From NCBI RefSeq assembly GCF_028641065.1, contig NC_073377.1:57660001-57724000 (forward strand): 64,000 nt of DNA, in the 5' to 3' direction. The position numbers were made by a program, and so were the translations under genes. Source of the stretch: Leucoraja erinacea. Lineage: Eukaryota. Of the stretch, positions 59,266-64,000 are shown in pieces. The notes beneath the pieces were generated by a model that was given only the letters and a program-made list of their open reading frames with translations, ran no database searches and had not been told where the DNA came from. Position 1 is the stretch's first letter. Each line of letters starts with the position of its first letter.

Positions 59266-59869
59266 TACATATGTTTCAAATAACATGCTGACATATAATA
59301 GTGTCAATTAACCAGATATCGCCAAATATCAATATAAATAGAAGCTCCGTTCCTGCTGGTAATGTAATAGAATTTCTCAACCTTATTTTCTTCGGATCGC
59401 ATGAGAATTACCTCAAAGCTCTCCTGCTTCACTGCTGGAACTCCACTAAATCCTTTTGTTGGTGGATCGGTTTCCTCTGAGCTTGCTCATAATTGGATTT
59501 GAGAAAAGGGAGGAATATATCTCTCCATGTGTTCAACAGAGAATAGCTAAAATAAAATAGATACCATGAGGTGTCAGATCTACCCAGGTTTGATCTCATT
59601 AAACAGAACCTAAGAATTTGCGTAATGCCTAAAAAGGTGTAATCTTGTCAGGAGCAATCGTCTCCTGTTCATTTTTTTTAAAGGAATATATTATTAGGTT
59701 TATATTCTTTTCAAATCTAATAAATGACAGTCAGGCAAATTAATCTGCCAGTACTTTCTAATTGTCATCATTATTTTAACCCAATTTATTGTTAAGGGTA
59801 CACAGCAGCAATGCTATCTCATAAAGGTGAATGAAAATGTTGAAAGATGAGGTCAGACAATAATGACCC

Positions 59870-62610
59870 AGCCACATCAGATCAAAACTCTCCAGTTCAA
59901 CTTCATCTAGTCGCAGGCTGCTAACTGGAAGACGGGACTCCAAGAACGCCCCCATCCCCACCACGGTTATTGTCCATGTAGGTGCAAAGGGTAAAGCAGG
60001 GCACTTGGACCATTTACATTGAGAATTGCAAAACTATTGATCCATTTTGACTTGCTCCTAAGATCTTCACCATCACGAAAACCAGTCACCAGCCAATTTG
60101 TTTCACTTCACATGATATCAACAAACAGCCGACACACTGGGCTTCAGGACCTGGACAACATCCCAGCTCTGCAACTGAAGACTTACCTTCCTTTGGCCAA
60201 GCTGTTTTAATACAATTACAACACCAGCATGGATCTGACAATCTAGAAAATTGTTCAGGCATGTTATATTCACAAAAAGCAGGTTAAATTGAATATAGCT
60301 CGTTACTGCCCAATTAGTTTACCCTCAATCATCTGCAAAGTGGTGAAAGATGTCACGGACAATATTGGCAGTCAAGTGACATTTATTCTGCAAGAAGCAA
60401 TCTCCAATGAAGACACCAGAAACTGTAAATGCTGGAATCTAGAGAAAAACACAAAGTGCTGGAGGAACTAGGCAGGCCAGGCAGCATCTGGGGAGGGAAT
60501 AGACAGCCTTGGGACATGGATCAATTGGGTAAACGTAACCTCTCCCTGCTCCATTCTGAGGGTTGACCTGCTATAAGATGACCATTATCACCCCAGTACC
60601 AAAGAAACGCCAGGTAACCTGCCTTATTGGATATCATCCAGTGGCTCTCACATCAACCAAGATAAAGTGCTTCAAGATCATGGTCACGGCGCATATTCAA
60701 AGCCATCTCTCAGACAACCTTTATCCATTGCTCACATTATCTGGCATCTCCTAGATAGCCTCTGTCCAGTGCAATTTACTTACTGTTACAATAGCTCCAC
60801 TGCATACACCCTCTCCATTGATCTTCACTCATTCCTGGCATATCTGGCTCACAAGTATATCTACCTTACTCCCGTTTACTGACCATAACTGTGCTTTCGC
60901 CACAGTAATCCAAATCAAATTAATCTCCAAATTCCTAGACCTTAAAGTCAGCACTCCACTGCAATTGGATTAATTGCTTCCTGATCCATAGATCACAATC
61001 AGTGAGGATAGGCGGCAAAACATCTTCCACAATCATTCTCAATGCCAGCGCCCCATGAGGATGCGTTCTCAGACCCTTATTAGAGTTCCTATATACTCAC
61101 AAGTGTACAGCAAAATTCTGCTCTAACCCTGTTTACAACTTTGCAGATGATACTACTGTAGGGGACTACTCTCAAACAATGATGAGCTGGAGTGCAGGAA
61201 ATAAATTAAGAGCTTAGTAGCATGGTGTCAAAAAAGCACCCTCTCCCTCAATGTCAGCAAGATGAAGCAGTGAATCATTGACTTCAGAAAAAGTGGTGTA
61301 CACGCTCCAGTCGGCATCAATGATGCTGAAGCAGAGATGGCTGAGAGCTTCAAGTTTCCGGGCAAAAATATCACCAATAATTTGATTTAGTTCAATCACA
61401 TAGACCCTACAGCTAAAAAAGCTCATTAAGGTCTCTTCTTCCTCAGAAGGCAAAGGAAATTTGTCTGAGAGATGGCTTTTAATATGCGCCATGACAAGCC
61501 TCATGAAGCACTTCATAATAGTCATGTCTCCATTGACTCTTACCAATTTCTATAGGTGCACTGTAGAAAGCATCTTATCAGAATGCATCATAACCTGGTT
61601 CAGCAACTGCCCTCCCCAGGATCAGAGGAACTGCAGAGAATTGTGGATGAGGCCCAGTCCATCACACAAACCTGCCTCCCCTCCATTTGTGCTGCAAAAG
61701 TGCCAGGCTATGAAATCTCCAACAAGTTAGAATCTAACCATCTACCTTTTAGGTGGTTAGAGTGGTCAATCTGTGGAATTCATCGCCAGCTGAGAAGGTC
61801 ACGTCATTGGGTATTTTTAAAGTGGAAATTGATAGGTTCTTGATTAGAAATTATGTCAAAGGTTGTGGGGAGGAGGCAGGAGTATGGGGCTAAGAAGGTA
61901 AAATAGATCAGCCGTAATCAAATGGCGGAGCAGACTCGATGGGCAGAATGTTCTAATCCTGCTCCGATGTATTATGATCAAAGATTTGGTTATTTAATAG
62001 CATTTCCATCACCGAGTCATTCATCATCAATACCCTGAGGATCACCATTGACCAGGAACTCAAATGGACCAGATCAATCCCATGCGTACAACAGCAGGAG
62101 TCCGTATTCTGTGATGACTGATCACCTCCTTCAAGGCCTTTCGTCCATTTACACAATCAGGAGCAAGATGAAATGTTCTCAGTTGCCTGGATGAGATCAG
62201 TGCCAAGAACACTCAAATAGTTCAACACCATCCTGGACAAAGCCATTCACTTGCCTCGCACCTCATCCACCATCCTAACTATTCAATCCCTCGACCATTA
62301 TCACTAAGTGGCTGCAATCCAAAATACATAAAATGCATTGTAGTAACTTGGCCAGGCTCCCAAAGTCACTTCTGCCAAGAAGAATAAGAATGATAAGCAT
62401 GTGGAAACTCCACCACCCAATTAATCCCCTCCAAATCATGCAACATCCTAACTTGAAACTATGTCGCAAGCTCGTCACCATCCCTAGTTCTAAGCTTGAA
62501 ACCCTGCTCAACAGCTTATTAACATTCCTCTCATCAGAGAGACTAAAACAGTTCAACCAGAAATGTTACCATTGCTTCCTCAAAGGCAATTATGAACGGG
62601 CAATTTAATT
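59870..62610 (+). mobile_element. Ancient CR1-group LINE fragments (59870-60390 and 61990-62610) flanking younger inserts
   Basis: GLQDLDNIPALQLK / GPDNIP-like, NIARYCPISLPSIICKV, and a 3' segment with WMRS.P.TL..FNTILDKA. Confidence 0.55.
60560..61690 (+). mobile_element. Old Rex1/Babar RT remnant with a small internal inversion (about 61460-61520)
   Basis: IITPVPKK..YHPVALTS; ttgcagatgatac encodes FADDT; NFYRCTVESILS. Confidence 0.85.
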
Positions 62611-63805
62611 AAAAAAATGTTTATACCTACAATTCAGATGCAAAATGTAATATGTTATTCTGCCTGGCATTGTTAATAGATCAATTTAAACCTAATTTTC
62701 TCTAAGTCACGTTTCGCTACAGCATTCACTCCTTGAAGTCAGCTCTGTGGCACGAGTTTCTTATAATGACTTTCCATGGTTTTCTCTATCTCATAACTTC
62801 AGTTTCTTGCAGAGATTAGTTGTGATTCATTGAGATGCTTATTTCTTACAGAGAGTCATTATGCTTTTCCCCAGTAATCTTGTTTCTCATTACAATTTGG
62901 CGGGTTGCTCATATTTCTCTATTCTGTTATAGAGTTTCAACTTGATACTCAATTTTCTGCAGACCTTCATGCAATCATGACTTAATTTTCTCTTGCACAG
63001 GGATTCATCAAAAAGATGTACCATTATCATCCCTTTCCTCCTCCTTGGAACACATTTCTTGTGATACATTGATGTGCATTGCCTTTAAAAGGGATGTCTG
63101 CAAGGTTCTTATTCATCCCACTGATAGGCCACAAAGCCTCTTGTGTGTTGTTGTGATCCATCATCATGTTTATGAGGCTCTCAGGTATTGCATGTCATGA
63201 TATGTTGCTCTGTGATTTGCTGCACTGCAATTATTGAGGTTTTCTGAGGTACTCTCACAGCACAAAATAATTGTTTGACGTTCTCATTCCTCGCACAATG
63301 TTCGCATGAAGCCCTCATTTCTCACAATAATTTAAATGCAACACTTATTCTTTTCAACTTAGTTAAGCACCACAAAGTTGGCCTTTTAAACCTAGTTGAT
63401 TTCATTTCACTAACCTAGTTCAATCTCAAATTCTCTTGGCATATAGGTTATGATGTCCACCAACTATACATGGCAAATACCATCACCTTAACTTTAAAAT
63501 CATCCGAGTTTCACATTCTGGAATGGAGCTTCCTTTGCAAACTATGAAACTTTATGGCCAAAACAGCAGCTGCAAATGTGAGGTAAAAAAGTCAGAAGAC
63601 TCTTCTTATCATTGAATCCAACTTTGTATACATGGAATTAGGTTTATATCCTTCCAACATCCAATGCCCTTGGTGTACTAAATACTAGGCTTTTTTTCAT
63701 GAATATATTTAAAAAACTGCAGTTGCTGAAAATCTAAAATAAAAACCAACAATCCTGGAAATACTCAGCAGGTCAGGCTACACCTGTGTGAACAGAAAGA
63801 GTTAT

Positions 63806-63965
63806 GGGCCTGTCCCACTAAGGCGACTTTTTAGGCAAGTGCAGTTTCCTCGCCACCTGGTTGCCACATGATCACTACATGTTCTCTGGTGGTTTCTGGT
63901 GAGTCTCCTTCATGGTCGCGAGGAGTTCCCGCATTCTGGGAACTAGTCACTGCCTCAGTATAGTT
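63806..63965 (+). mobile_element. Harbinger-like MITE, left end only
   Basis: GGGCCTGTCCCAC TIR identical to that at 32241. Confidence 0.65.
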
Positions 63966-63973
63966 GCTGCCAA

Positions 63974-64000
63974 AGCAGCAGCAGCAGCAGCAGCAGCAGC
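63974..64000 (+). repeat. (AGC)n trinucleotide repeat, cut by the window end
   Basis: agcagcagcagc... continues to the last base. Confidence 0.95.

Noticed and set aside
63974-64000. Poly-glutamine coding repeat
   Set aside because: It abuts a truncated MITE with no ORF or exon context, so it is a simple microsatellite cut by the window edge.

Overview
Eukaryotic, repeat-dense genomic DNA that looks like a cartilaginous fish, probably a skate or ray. This is inferred from HE1-type V-SINEs, HER1/CR1 LINEs with (TTCTATGT)n tails and Penelope pLTR fragments. I find no intact host protein-coding gene, rRNA, true tRNA or CRISPR array, so the window reads as intergenic DNA or part of a very large intron. 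It holds layered mobile elements: a near-full-length CR1 (SGNH-esterase ORF1, APE+RT ORF2) nested in an inverted Penelope (RT + GIY-YIG), many CR1 3' ends, Rex1/Babar and RTE LINEs, very old Gypsy, L1 and L2 fossils, a probable ERV 5' part, three TIR DNA elements and three Helitron-like non-autonomous pieces. There is one assembly gap (19833-20027). The most notable observations are: (1) a Helitron-like element that appears to carry a SAC3D1/SAC3-GANP-like exon end with its splice donor; (2) Penelope-derived fold-back mini-elements with hammerhead-ribozyme cores and target-site duplications (TSDs); (3) a TSD that makes 13360-19826 one insertion and predicts the first bases of the gap; (4) a TA-flanked TIR element containing a tRNA-Met-like module; (5) an in-frame L2/CR1 chimeric RT ORF; and (6) several repeat-free, TAAT-rich islands that may be conserved enhancers. 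All family assignments come from motif recognition by eye, no database searches were run, and the boundaries of old elements are approximate.
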